Shown: positions 52,016 to 64,000 of the stretch, piece after piece
Layout: the number at the start of each line of letters is the position of its first letter
How positions within the stretch are numbered: the first letter of the stretch is position 1
Assembly: GCA_964199315.1 (NCBI GenBank)
Contig: OZ116702.1
Span: forward strand, 15,128,001-15,192,000
Length of the DNA: 64,000 nt
Direction of reading: 5' to 3'
Origin: Orbicella franksi
Taxonomy: Eukaryota
Notes under the pieces: model-generated
Seen by the model: the letters and a program-made list of their open reading frames with translations, nothing else
What the model was told of the DNA's origin: nothing
Databases searched by the model: none
Program-made: the position numbers and the translations under genes

Positions 52016-54860
52016 ATGGCTTTGAAATTTTCTGGTGGCATTTTCAGGATTCAATTGAATGGCGGTCAACATGAAATGATGAAGCCTGCTGCCAAAGGCC
52101 ATAACCTTCTGGTTACGGGCCAAGCTGGAGTAGGGAAGAGTGAGGTTGTCAAGCGCAAAAAAGCAACACTTGATGCACATGGAAGAACTGTGGGTATAGT
52201 CTGCTCCAGTGGTATGTCTTGCCAATTGTGTGATCGTGGAATAGCATCGACAGTTCACTTGCTCTAAAGTGTTATGACTGCTGATTTGCCATGGTGTCAA
52301 TTGATCGACAAATTACCAGGAGCTTGAGCTGGCCAGGGGTGGAAGTCTTGCAACTGAAGCAAGGATGTAAGATTATGCTGGCGAGGAACTTGTCAGACAA
52401 CCTAAAGAATGGAAACGTGGTTTTTACTGGTGTTTGGGGTGACAATCTTTTCATCTTCTTTGAAGGTGTTGGTGTGGTTGATATTGCCCAGCAAACAAGG
52501 ATCAAGAGAAACTTGACAGGGCAAAAATAGCAAGTGTCACACAATTTCCCCTTGTTTTAGCTTATACTGTTACCTGCACGAGTCTCATTACCATTGTGCA
52601 CTACTCACAGGATTAAGTTTCCGGATTAATTTATGTTGCTATTTTAAGAGTCAAATCTCCTGAACAAATTCAGATTCTGGATTCTAGTCTTTGACAGCTT
52701 TTAAAACCACCAAGAAGACCAGTAAAAATTTGCTTTTTGCAACATCTCAATGCCCCAGTCTCATCCTGCCAAAACATGTCATCCTGCCAAAACAAAAATA
52801 TCAATTATGATATTTTCTATTCCATTAAAGATTGATATCAAGAGTATGAAGAAGACAATGATCTCCTCTCTTTTCCTTTAGAACAGCTAGATGGTCCTGC
52901 AAGAGCATTATTTGAAGATGATGAGGTAGTAATTCCAATGGAATTGACGGAAGTGCACCACCTGCTGTTGAAACAAGTCTATTCCTGCAACTCCCCCCTG
53001 AAGAAATTATGATGAGATTCCTGGATTTCTTGCCATCCATGAAATCAAATGCTGTCTCCACCTTTTGCAAAGTGAATGCAATTGACTGCTTGTTAAGTGA
53101 AAGCTCTTTATACATGGTGAAATGTTGGCAAAGCTACTGCTAAGAAAGCCACGTGGTCAAAAATCCAGACGAGATTATAGTTGAAATTGGCAGTCAAGGG
53201 TTTACCAGGGTGAGGTCCAGTCTGCATGAGGTTTTTAACGGTATTGAATTTTCACGCCATGTTTGTGCTCATTTGAGGCAACAGCAAGCATGCCATCCTA
53301 AAGGGTTGTGGGAGTTCAGCTAGCAACTTCGGTGTACTGGGAATTTTTGGAACAGTTGGTTTCTGTCGTGAAACAGCAAAGAGAGGAGAAGGCCATCCAT
53401 TTTAATGTTGATCAAATGAGTGGAGCAGGTCAATCAAAAGTATGGCATGTTGGTGGTCGGGCTGTGAGGAAGGTTCTAAATTGTTCCAGAAAATACATTC
53501 AAAGAAATGTGTTCACAAAGTGCAGTTCCACTCTGGCCAAAGTTGAAAACCAACAGACAGCTTGTCAATTACTTGAAGGGAACGTCATCGAACCGAAGGA
53601 GGAGGAAAATGGAGGAAAATTCTATGTTTCCTGACGTGCTACAAGTGACAGAAGGCAGACAGTACCGTGAAAGAGGACAGTTGCACATTAAGCCTATTTA
53701 TGTGCGGTGGATGAAGACTGGAAACTAATATTAAATTAAAATGGTGGCTCTCATTTATTGACAATCCATAACATAGAAATACGCAAATTCTTGAAATCGA
53801 GGTTATAAATCATTTAACTAGGAATGTAAATTATTTATTTTAAATAGAGGTAATCCTTTTTGTTCTCAACAGAAACTTATTGAGAAGCTTCTGTTTGACA
53901 TTGCTGTACTATGTAAACATGGGGGCATGCCAGTTTCCGACAGATTTTCCAAGAGAATGCCACAAAAGGAAGAGTGTAGAACTACAGAAACGAGTTTTGA
54001 AAAGGAAATAGGAGGAACAAAGAGAAAAGTAATACTGTATCACTCCAGGCATTTCTTTAATTATGCCTTTTCGAATCTGTTACTCAAACAAACTTAATTT
54101 ATGTTTTGAAGTGTTTTGTAATTGATTTATTAATACTTCAGCCTTAAATTCATTATCATATCAAGAAATTATTTCTATACCTTCATGAAAGATGCCCAGC
54201 AGATTTCGTCTCAAATATCTACGTATGTTTACATACCATTACACTACTTGTACACTACTTGGATCTTGTTGCAAAATGGTTTTGTACCAATTTGTCCAAT
54301 GACTTGCTTTTAACATGTTAAAATGCAAAAATGATGTTGAAAATGACAATTGAAAGGTCTTTAAAACAGGAAACTCTCAGAAATACTAAAGTGTTACATA
54401 AATATGTGCAATTCCTTATAAAAGAAAATGATATCCCAACTTGACAGCTCAGGACTCTATCATTTAATTTCATTTCATTAAGTGAGACTTTGAATACATT
54501 TTTTTAGTTTTTTGGGGGTTTGTATTTCTTTTTCTTTTTCATAGGAGATTCTGCTAGACCAAAGTGACAACAAAAACATTTCTTATGGTCATCTTGTTGA
54601 CCTCATTAACCAGCACCAAGGCACTGCTCCACTGAGTCATGTCCACAACAAATCACAGTTGGTTGCACATAGTGAAGTGTATAATATCAGAGTTTCTGCA
54701 AGGTCAACAAAGACAGGTATTGCTGAAGCCCTGCTGAATGCTATTACACAGGACACATCTATCCCATTCACATCCCCGGTGGATGACAGAATTTTCAGGG
54801 TAGCAGAAAGAACAGAATCTGATTATGAACACATCAGAATACAGCTTTCAAGAGGTAAAT
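52016..54860 (+). pseudogene. PIF1-family helicase remnant (core deleted near 52270) with a long spliced C-terminal extension
   Basis: LVTGQAGVGKS (Walker A), CSSG...ASTVH, LKQGCKIMLARNLSDNLKNG, QFPLVLAY.VT, YVAI.RVKS; further decayed exons at ~53100-53700 and ~54545-54855. Confidence 0.8.
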
Positions 54861-55019
54861 GTAATGACATTAATTTTTAAATGGTAATGGTTCTTCAAAA
54901 ACTACTGACTGCAAGTTAAGAACTTTAAGAGCACTGAATATTAGAGAGTCTATTCTAAAAATTGAGAGAGCCAAAGAAAGATAGTCACCTTAGAGACTTT
55001 TTTCCGTGCATTCCTTCGA

Positions 55020-56390
55020 ATGATGGCCTTATGTACACATGGGTGCTGTTACAGGATGAATTGCTCTTGGAAGTGATGGTTGTTTGACCCAATCTAAAAG
55101 AGTTCTGTGTTGATTGCTGCTGCAAGAAGGTTGGATTATCATTCTGGCCATTGCATGAATCGAGCTAACAAAAATGATTCTCCGCACAGTCTTGATTCAC
55201 AATCCAGGTTTAATTACTGTGCTGGGGAATCTAGTCATCTTGTATTGAACCAGAGACTGGAATCCAAGGCACATTGATTGCAAATCAAACCACAATTTGG
55301 AAGACATGAAATTCTTGCTGTTTCCTTTAGTTTCATTGGCCCAGTGGCACATCCAGATATAGAACTTGTTTAGCTTGTGGAGTGTTAGGTCATCAGATGA
55401 ATTGAAGTATAGCTTCCCATTAACTAAGGTTACAATCTCTCTTGTGTGCTGAATAAGTTCTATAACAGCATCCAATTCATCACCATCATTTCTGGTCTTT
55501 TTCAGGTGTTCCCGATACTTCTGCAGAGCAAAGAGAACATTAAAATACAATGAGTTAAGTACATGTTGATGGAAGGTAGTAAAGAATTTTAAATCATTTC
55601 TTGGGTAAAAATGATTTTAAAATTGTCTTTGGGGTTTTAGATCAAGTACTTATGAATAATAATAAAACACACATTGTTCAATACTAGCAGGAAGCATAGC
55701 ATACCTGACTGATATATCTACCAATACAAAATAATTTTTCTAAACAAGAAACATCATAATCTTACGGGAATTCAATCAAACATGCATGACATCAAAATAA
55801 TCACCTCTATTAGAAAAAACATCTTTGCATCTATCATATCTTCAGCAAGTTTGCTTCTCATTATTCTGGCTGAATCAAGGTTTTTAAGTGTTGGATGGTC
55901 AATTTCTCATGCAGTGGGAGTGAGAAGCTTTGCTGGTCCCAGTCAAAGGCACTTCTGAACTGCTTCCCATCCTTATTGCTCTTGTAGACATTATTCCTAA
56001 TTACTGGGTTGCCATAGGTGAACCCAGTCATAAAATGGGAACAGGGCAGTCTCCTACGTAGAAAAATGGTTTAACTGCACAATCCTGCTTGTGCTGCCAG
56101 TTTTTAGAGTGGAAACTTCAGGTTGACTTAACAGTGAAACAAATGCATTCAATGTGAACTTATTTCGACTGTTATCCAGTACTGTTGGTCGACTGTAAAA
56201 CCTTCTGAGTGACTTCAGTTAGTGCTTTTTATCTGAGGCTATTTAGCTACACAGATCAATTCAAGAAATGTAGAATCGGAGAGGCACAGTGATTATTTCA
56301 ATCCAATGCCTGATATAAGCAACGATACCTTCCTGAAGGAACTGAAACCAGATAACATGAAGGAAATCATTGGAGCCATGATGCAAGAAC
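55020..56390 (-). pseudogene. P-element/THAP9-type transposase, C-terminal exons, 5' part lost
   Basis: IRNNVYKS...AFDWD...HEKLT..H...IMRSKLAE; FMSSKLWFDLQSM; VNQDCAENHF...NGQNDNPT..Q. Confidence 0.65.
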
Positions 56391-56441
56391 ACTCAGTTGA
56401 AGTGAGATTTTAAATGTTTTCCCTGGTAATTTGTAAGACTG

Positions 56442-59400
56442 TTATTGAGTACCGTTGTAAGAAATGCAGAAAGAAGCCGGAAATAGCGAAGATGAGAGCA
56501 CGTGTTTGGCCACCTCCGCCTTCAAAAACATGACAGCTAAAACCCGAGCCCTGAGAAAAACCGTGGAAGCCCTCCCACAAACGCCAGCGAAAAAAGCGGA
56601 ACTTTTCCAGACAATTTCTTCAAGCCCACGCACAAGAAAAATCTTGGCAAAAAAAGGACCAATGAAAACTCCCGAGGAAGTGGAAGAAATTTCATCACTT
56701 CGAGCTCTTGTGGTCGATATTTCTGAAAGCATGCAAAACATCAAGACAAGCGAATCTAAAGATGACAAAGCTGCCTACTCAGCTTTCAAAAGTCTAGCAT
56801 TTGGAAAAAAATGTTTCTGAATGCAAAGCATGCAAATCTCTCTCCAAGCTAATAAATGTTGGGCGCAGAAGCCTGAGTACAGGAATCAGAGAAAGGGCAA
56901 AAATTTTGTCAGGAGAGAAAAAGAGTTGGCTAGATCTAGAGAGGAAAACTAGAGGTGACGCTATCAGCACAGAACACAAGCAGCTCATTTTCAACTTTTG
57001 GTCATTTGAAGCAAGCAGGCTAACAGGAGACAAAAAAGATGTTATCAGGAAGAGAACAGGAAGAAAACAGCACATCGAACGTGCAAAGCATGTGCTGGAA
57101 AAAACGCAAACAGAGGTATTTTTGGAGTTCCAGGCACAATACCCGAAAGCAAAGATTAAACAGCGCAAATTTGAGAGTCTAAAACCATTTTTTGTGCAGC
57201 CTGCAAGAGAAAAGGACAGAAGATCCTGCCTCTGCAGGAAACATGTAGAAACGCAAATAGTGTTTAAAGACTGTATGAAATTTAGAAAGGCAGTATCCCA
57301 AAGGAATGGTTCCAAGGCAGTACTTCTAGTCATGCTAGTCAACCTGACTCTTTGTTTGAAGCCTGAAGGCCACAGCCATCACAGTCTGAAAAGCCTGACC
57401 AGAGAATGCAGTGAGTGTGGCATCAGTAAATTTGAGCTCCTCCCTGAAGAAGTCTCAGAAAAATCTATGGAGGAAGTGACATGGAAATGCTATGAATATG
57501 TATCTACTGGAAAATTTTTATCCAATGGACAGGAAAAGGAAAAATCGCACTTGTGACATAGAAGACATCACCAAAGGAGTTATTTAAATACTTCCAGGAT
57601 CTTCTTAAACATTACCCCTACCATTCAATGCAATTTTACTGTCACGTCAGTAAAATATAGTTAATGGAACATGACGCACGTAATCAGTAAGCCTTTCATG
57701 GCGGCGTTGTTTTCAATTAAGCTATTGTGTAGGCAAGCTCCCAAGGCCAAGCAGACTCTGAGATACATTGTATTCTAGCTCAAACATTATGGCTTTGTTA
57801 CCTCTAGCATATTATAACGATTGATAGCATTGGCCAAAAATATTAAAGCGCTATTCATGGCTAAGAGTATACACGTGTAATGTTAAGCTGTCCAGTAGTA
57901 CAGCTCTTTCTACTGGCCTTCCCAGCAGACAAGCATCTAGCTATAAAAGCTCAAACAAACTGTTCAGAGTTCACTTTGGTGTTCTGTTGTACAGCACAGT
58001 TAGTACTTGCTATACTATTGTTAAAAATTTTCCCTCCCTCCCTCCCTTTGGAGAAGAGGTTGGTTTGCTATTTCTTATTCTAATAAACTTGGGTCACTCC
58101 TGTGTGGTGCGGTTAAGTCTGCGCAGTGACTTCCCCCAAGCGTCTTGGCTACGTTGCCTATGAATATCGCCCGCTACCAATACTCTTGTCTGATCCAGCA
58201 CGTGCTGTCTTGCAGTCAGCTCGTAGTGCTGGGGAGATAAGTGAGGTTCTTGTTTCATGCAATCTCCGGAAGTCGCACAGGCTTACCTAACGCAAGGCAG
58301 TGCTCCCCCATTAACGCCAATTTGGGGCATCGTTCGTTTTAATTAGTAATTTGCGTGATAACCAAACAACAAGTCACGATTAGATTATTTTGAAAGGAAG
58401 TTACATTAATTCATGGCTAAATGGCAAAGGGAACAAATGGAAAACCTCACTGAGCACCTTCCTTCCAACGAGGTTGTCTGTGTCCATGATTACTCTGAAG
58501 GCTACAGCTGCTGCCAGCAGGATGAGCTGCAGTCAGAGTACTTTGATGTGGCAAAAGTTTCTCTACACATCACCATCCTATACCACCATGCAGTGGAATC
58601 TGTGGATGGCAAAACAAACATAGAGGATGATCCAAGGATTGTCAAGGAGCACCTCTTTGTGATTTTAGATGATGATGTCCAAGATTATCACGCAGTGCAC
58701 AAGGCTCAAGAATTAATAACTGGATATCTTGAAAATCAGCTGCACATGAAGATTAGCAAGCTTCATGAGTTCACAGATGGCTGTGCTGCCCAGTACAAGT
58801 CTCGTCACTGTATCAGAGATCTGTCTTGCTGTCTTGCTGACCATGGATTCCTGGTGCAAAGAAATTTTTTCGAAACATCGCATGCCAAGGAAGAGCAGGA
58901 CGCTGCTGGAGCTAATGTCAAACAGGTTAGCCATGCAGTGCTAAGAAAGACAGCTGTCATCAGGAATGCTAAGGACATGAAAGAGTATCTCGAAGAGCAT
59001 TTCAGCACTCCAGCAGCCTCTACATTAACATCAAGATCCAAAGCAGAGGGTCTTGCTCGTAGGTTATTCTTTTATGTTCCTCCAGAAGGTGATGAGGCAG
59101 TTGTCAGACGCAGACCAGACAGAGCCTTTAAGGAGCTGAAAGGCATCCGGAAACTCCACTGCCTCAGGACGACTCCCGAACGGGGAAGGATCTTCACCAG
59201 AAGCCACAGCTGTTAATGCCTTGACTGCATTGGTGGTGAGGAGGAGAACTGCCACAACAAAGAGTGGTTGGATGACTGGCAAGATGTTAAGCTGGAAAGA
59301 GAATCTTCTGTTGCAACAACCAGGCAAGCTGTTGAGGAAACTGAAGCTAATCTACTTGACACTGCAGTCAGGGTTGCAGACCTTACTGCCAAGGACAGTG

Positions 59401-59717
59401 TAGTTGCTATTGCAGCAGCTAATGACCCTGACTATGACTACTATTTAATGAAAGTGAAGAGTGATGGTTTAGTGGAATTAGATGAGCCTACAACAGATGA
59501 CTATGGGTGCACCTTCCCCAGAGGTTCTCTTGGCCTTAAAGGATACTTTTTTGTCAGATATAACATCATTGACATGACTTATAAACTAAACAAAAACAAA
59601 ACGGCTTTTGTGCTTGCCGGCACGGTGCGGCATGTTTGCGGGGAGCTACGAAAGCAAAGAAATAGCATTTATAAAGTGCCTTTGACTGTAAATGAAGAAA
59701 TAATGGCTTCTTCATAA
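56442..59717 (+). pseudogene. Sola-type DDE transposase, 5' truncated, frameshifted, split by a solo LTR
   Basis: HDYSEGYSCCQQDELQSEYF, LDDDVQD, FTDGCAAQYKSR, FFETSHAKEEQDAAGANVK, plus SCLCRKH and Cys-rich flanks. Subgroup not resolvable by eye. Confidence 0.7.
57629..58405 (+). mobile_element. Solo-LTR-like insertion (~777 bp)
   Basis: TG(caat)...(gtta)CA ends and AATAAA at ~58082. Removal rejoins YPYHS to MAKWQREQ. The TSD is imperfect (ttcaa/ttaat). Confidence 0.6.
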
Positions 59718-60070
59718 TTGTACATGCTTTTTCCAGTTATTTTTGTTGTATTTTAGCCAGTATGGCCATGCTAACAACATTATATTTTCAGGTGCCACGC
59801 CCACAAAGGATTCTGGATATTTACTGAAATAAGCTGTAAATGAGAAATAAATAATGAAAACTCACGTAATGTTTCTTTGACGATAATTACTTAAAATCTG
59901 GGGAGTTATGGTAGTCTAGGTATACTTTACACATTTTCATGAAAATGCACCTTGATACACCAAATGAATGTACATGTGTATTGTACTACAAGTCTCAGCT
60001 TTTCCTTGATTCTTTCATATTTTTTCTATCTTCTATTTTGCAGAAATTTCAGTGTGTATAACATTATCAA

Positions 60071-62196
60071 CCCTTTCACTCCTGAACTGGCCAAAACCAG
60101 CCAGCCGGAAACACGCTACTATTCCTGAACCGGCCAAAACCGGCCAAAAAAAACGTCATTGTTTACGGCTTCTCACCCCTCCCCTAATAAAGATTATATG
60201 CTCACCAAATATTTTTCTATTGTTATTGAGATATTGACCAATCATATTGCAGTTACTGCGCATAACAAAGGCCTCCCTAGGAAGAGATAGAGGGATGCAA
60301 ATTTTGTCTTCCATGACGAACAAAGCATGCAAACATGGCGACAGTGAAAAACAATTTCTGTTAAAGAAATGTGAGAACATTGTCGTTCATGTGCGAAAAC
60401 CACATAGTTTATTATCAACTTGGAGTTGATAAAGCAAAGACACTTCCTCTGTGGAAGGAATTCGCTCTATCAACTCCAAATTGATAACAACCTAAGTGGG
60501 AAAATGGCGAGGCGAGTAGATCCTTTAGATGTTAGTTTCGATGAATACAGGGCAATTTTCGGAGATTCCGATGAAGAAGACACTGGAGATATTGATGGAG
60601 ATAGTTCTGATATTGATTTTGAAGGCACCGATGAAGATGGCGAGGAAATTGATGAAGAAAATGGCGATGAAGAAGCCGCTGAGAGTGACGAAGAAGAAGA
60701 ACAACAATGGACGGATGACCTCAGCAACATCGCTGTTGATGAATTTTCAGCACGATCAGGAATTGTTGTAGACGTTGGAGCCGACCCTAAAGCTGATGAT
60801 TTTTTTACATTCATGTTTGGTGAGGATCTTTTCGACAAAATCGTGGAGGAGACAAACCGCTATGCTCGCCAAATGTTAGCTGACAACAAACGTCTTGGTC
60901 GATGGCGCGACGTAACCAAAGCCGAAGTGAAAGCTTACTTTGGAATGTGCGTTATCATGGGGATGAATATTCTTCCCAAAGTCGCTGATTACTGGTTGGT
61001 AGACATTTTTATGAGCAACGAGGGAATAAAGTGAGTCATGGCAAAGAACAGATTCGAAGAAATTAGCCAATTTTTGCATCTAAATGATACAAGTCGGGAA
61101 CCCGAACGTGGAGAAGCAAATTTTGACAGGCTTTACAAATGCCGCCCTGCTTTGACTGCTGTTTTGAGAAATGTTCAGCGCTGTTATTTGCCAACAAAAA
61201 ACATTTCTGTCAACGAGGGAATGATAGCGTTTAAAGGAAGACTATCATTTCGCCAATATTTACCAGCTAAACCGACAAAATACCGAATAAAAGTGTGGAT
61301 GGCGGCTGATTCCTCGAACGGTTACGTTGTAAATTTTTCTGTTTATTTAGGAAGCGAAGGAGAGATTCAAAGGTGACACAGGCTGGGATATGATGTTGTA
61401 ATGCATATAGTCCGTCCGTTTTTCAACAGAAACCATCACGTTTTTTTCGACAATTTCTTTTCTAGCCCTGTTCTTTTAGGTCATTTACTTGCTCAACAAA
61501 CATATGCTTGTTCGACAGTAAGATGCACACGCAAAGAGCTGCCGCGATGTGCTAAGAATAAACTTCGGGAGCCAGGGCAAACGATTACGCGGCAAAGAGG
61601 GAACCTTTTATTTGTAAAATGGCATGACAAGCGAGACGTGGCATTTTTGTCAACATGTTTCGCCAGAAGAGCCTTCTCGGACCGTGCAGCGCAAGAAGAA
61701 TGGAAGAAACATCGACATTCAAAAACCACGTGTCTCGGATGTCTACACAGCAAACATGGGTGGTGTAGATCGCACTGATCAGTTTCAATCTTATCACACT
61801 GTTGGAAGACAGTCACGAAAGTGGTACCGATACATCTTTTGGTTCCTCTTCAATGTTGCTGCTTGCAATGGATATGTTCTGGAATGCGAACACTGAAGAA
61901 GAAACCGTCAGCGAAAACGACCACAAGCCGCTTTTCGGTTGGAGTTAGGAAAGCGCTTGATAAACAACTACTCGTATAGAAAGCGACCGGCCAACCAAGT
62001 GCCTGTCCAAGAGCCAAGACAAGACCACCAATTGGTTCAAATGGAAGGCAGAAAGAAAGAATGTGTACAGTGCAAATCTGCTGGCCGAAAAACCCCGAAA
62101 GGCTATCCAGTGGAGACGAAAAATAAGTGCCAACAGTGTGGTGTTGCATTATGTAAAGTGCGGTGCTTCGTCGAGTATCACAGTGAAGATGCTTGA
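60071..62196 (+). mobile_element. piggyBac transposon (PGBD4-like transposase 60504-62196), inactivated; right TIR not found
   Basis: TCAA|ccctttcactcctg left end with duplicated cctgaac(t/c)ggccaaaacc; IVEETNRYA, RFEEI..FLHL, SVNEGM (first catalytic D is N), FDNFF, MGGVD..DQ and the C-terminal CxxC...CxxC...LC...CF..YH. Confidence 0.9.
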
Positions 62197-62521
62197 ACAT
62201 TGAAATTCATTTTATAATTTGCCATTTCTGATATATTGACTAAGCAAAACATTTAAAGATACAACAGGAACTGAATAAGCCATTTATTTTCTCTCCATTG
62301 TACATTTAGAAGTGATAAACTTGTCATTTGGCCTTTTGACCCAGGAGAAGCTTGGAACTCAGACCGCGGTAATGGCGGTAAATTCAAATTTTTTAATGAA
62401 CATGAAGTTTCGAGCGACTGTACTTCAACAGCTTTTTTTGTGTGTGTATTTTCAGCTTTCCATAAAGAAGAAATATGGCAATAGCTGTTTCAATAGGTAT
62501 TGAGAGATTCTTCATCAATGT

Positions 62522-62850
62522 ATGTTTAGCATAAATAGAAGACTTGATAATAATAATACAGGTGAATGATGGGAGTAATTAAAAAGGCTTAAAATACTTG
62601 TTTCAATTAAGTAACAATACATCTGAAAATTCCTGTAATTCTCACCCCCTCCCCACTAAAATATGACAATGAATGAGTGACTTACTGACTTCAGGACTGA
62701 CTGTTTGAATTAACAAATGGATAAGCGAGCGAGCAAGAGATTTTTTATCGTTACATGTTTAGCATAAATAGAAGACTTGATAATTGTACCAGGTGAATGA
62801 TGGTGGTATTTAAAATGGTTTAAAATGCTTTTCTCAATAAAGTAACAACA
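62522..62850. repeat. Diverged ~100 bp direct repeat, two copies 233 bp apart
   Basis: atgtttagcataaatagaagacttgataat...ggtgaatgatgg...aagtaacaa at 62522 and 62755. Confidence 0.85.
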
Positions 62851-62894
62851 CAGTACCAATCAGAAGAAACCTAACAGGGAACACCTTGACAGAA

Positions 62895-63040
62895 CACGTT
62901 CTGTTTCCATTCCACAAGCGTTCTCGTTCCCGTTCCATATCCACTCCATATCTGTTCCATATCTGTTCCGCATCCATTCCATATCCATTCTTTATCCGTT
63001 CTGTTCTTTTCTGTTCCCATTCTGTTAGCGTTCCATCAGT
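62895..63040. repeat. Low-complexity (CCGTTC/CCATAT)-like repeat
   Basis: Runs of gttcc/attcc motifs read directly. Confidence 0.7.
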
Positions 63041-64000
63041 AAGCATTCTTGGAACTCATTCAGAAGAACAAGGTTTCCGAGAACTTGTTTACAAGATTAG
63101 CGACGCTCATTTTCAATTCATGAAATAGGTTAAAAATGTCACCTTATGCAAGAATACGAAAAGTAAACTTAAATTTTCCCGGTAACAATGTGAGTCCAGT
63201 TACTCTAAAAATACGGGAAGATGGTATTGTAACTTGAAGGCCAGAAGTCTTTCTCCAAAACGATACAAAGTAACTGGTAGTCTGTGAGATTGCCCGAGGA
63301 AAGGAAGAAGCAATCAGCTTGCCAAGCACTTTTAACGCCATTGATAAAAAAATGCAACCAAACTTTCGGCTCTTGTTTTTACACGAATACTTTCAGTGAG
63401 ATTTTACATTGAAGTATAGTCGAAAACTGTTCGGCGAATATGGCAGAAACTTGGCTGGAGGACGTGAGCATTGCAAAGTAGTGACAAAAAGCCAAAGTGA
63501 GCATTTTGTGATATTTTTAGCGATGTTGTTTTTACGGGCAAAAACTCAGTTAAGATCGAACATTATCCTCGCTGATCCTTCTGTAAAGTTGGCAAACAAC
63601 ACCATAATAAAGGTCAACCAAGACATAGATGTTTTGTTTTATTTCTTTTCATGTGTAAACCTTTCAATCCCAGTCTAACTTTACTCATCCATCCATTTCC
63701 TTATTTGGACATAGCTTGGGTTTGTTCACAATAACAAAATGGCCGCGATGAATACAAAATGGACAAGAAGATGCAGGGAAGATGCTTACTTAGTGCATGT
63801 AAAAAGAAATAAAATGAGAGGCTCCAAGTAGCCTATACTCATGTAGGCTCAACTGCAACCGGTTTCGTGTAATGGCGGACAAAAAAATCGTAAGTTTATA
63901 GCAAATTTTTTTTGATCTTAACAGTCATAATATTCAATTTTCATTACATTGGAGAATGTTTTACACTAAAATTGGCTTCTGTGCAAAAAATGTGGGGAAA

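Noticed and set aside
52016-52700. Host PIF1 or a Helitron
   Set aside because: The helicase core is deleted and frameshifted, and no Rep/HUH motifs or Helitron termini were seen.
59940-59955. gcacct|tga as the right terminus of the Sola-type element
   Set aside because: No left end is available to confirm a TIR or TSD.
60470-60838. Ser-rich minus-strand ORF, and similar antisense ORFs at 9327-9770, 35860-36255 and 56794-57342
   Set aside because: These are shadows of real coding sequence on the opposite strand.
63144-63678. Short ORFs near the window end
   Set aside because: No motifs or splice support; consistent with chance ORFs.

Overview
AT-rich eukaryotic DNA, most likely a cnidarian (stony coral-like) genome; this rests on recalled resemblance of the SINE and MITE sequences to coral repeats, not on a database search. 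I found no intact host gene, rRNA, tRNA or CRISPR array. The window is a dense nest of mostly decayed transposable elements. It holds a Polinton-type pPolB, Kolobok-like elements, two complete ISL2EU-type transposons (TIRs, AT TSDs, THAP-DDE plus SAP-SWIM-YqaJ genes), a near full-length CR1/L2 LINE, a hAT, a piggyBac, a Sola-type and a P-type transposase, an IS3-like integrase, DIRS, Penelope and L1 fragments, solo LTRs, MITEs and a SINE. Several insertions can be removed on paper and restore the interrupted reading frame. The most unusual signals are decayed two-gene, tail-to-tail cassettes that pair a transposase with an accessory enzyme: IS3-like integrase with a HECT E3 ligase, and P-type transposase with a PIF1 helicase. 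Their physical linkage as single elements is inference, because I found no termini for them. All family assignments come from motif recognition by eye, and coordinates of degraded ends are approximate.
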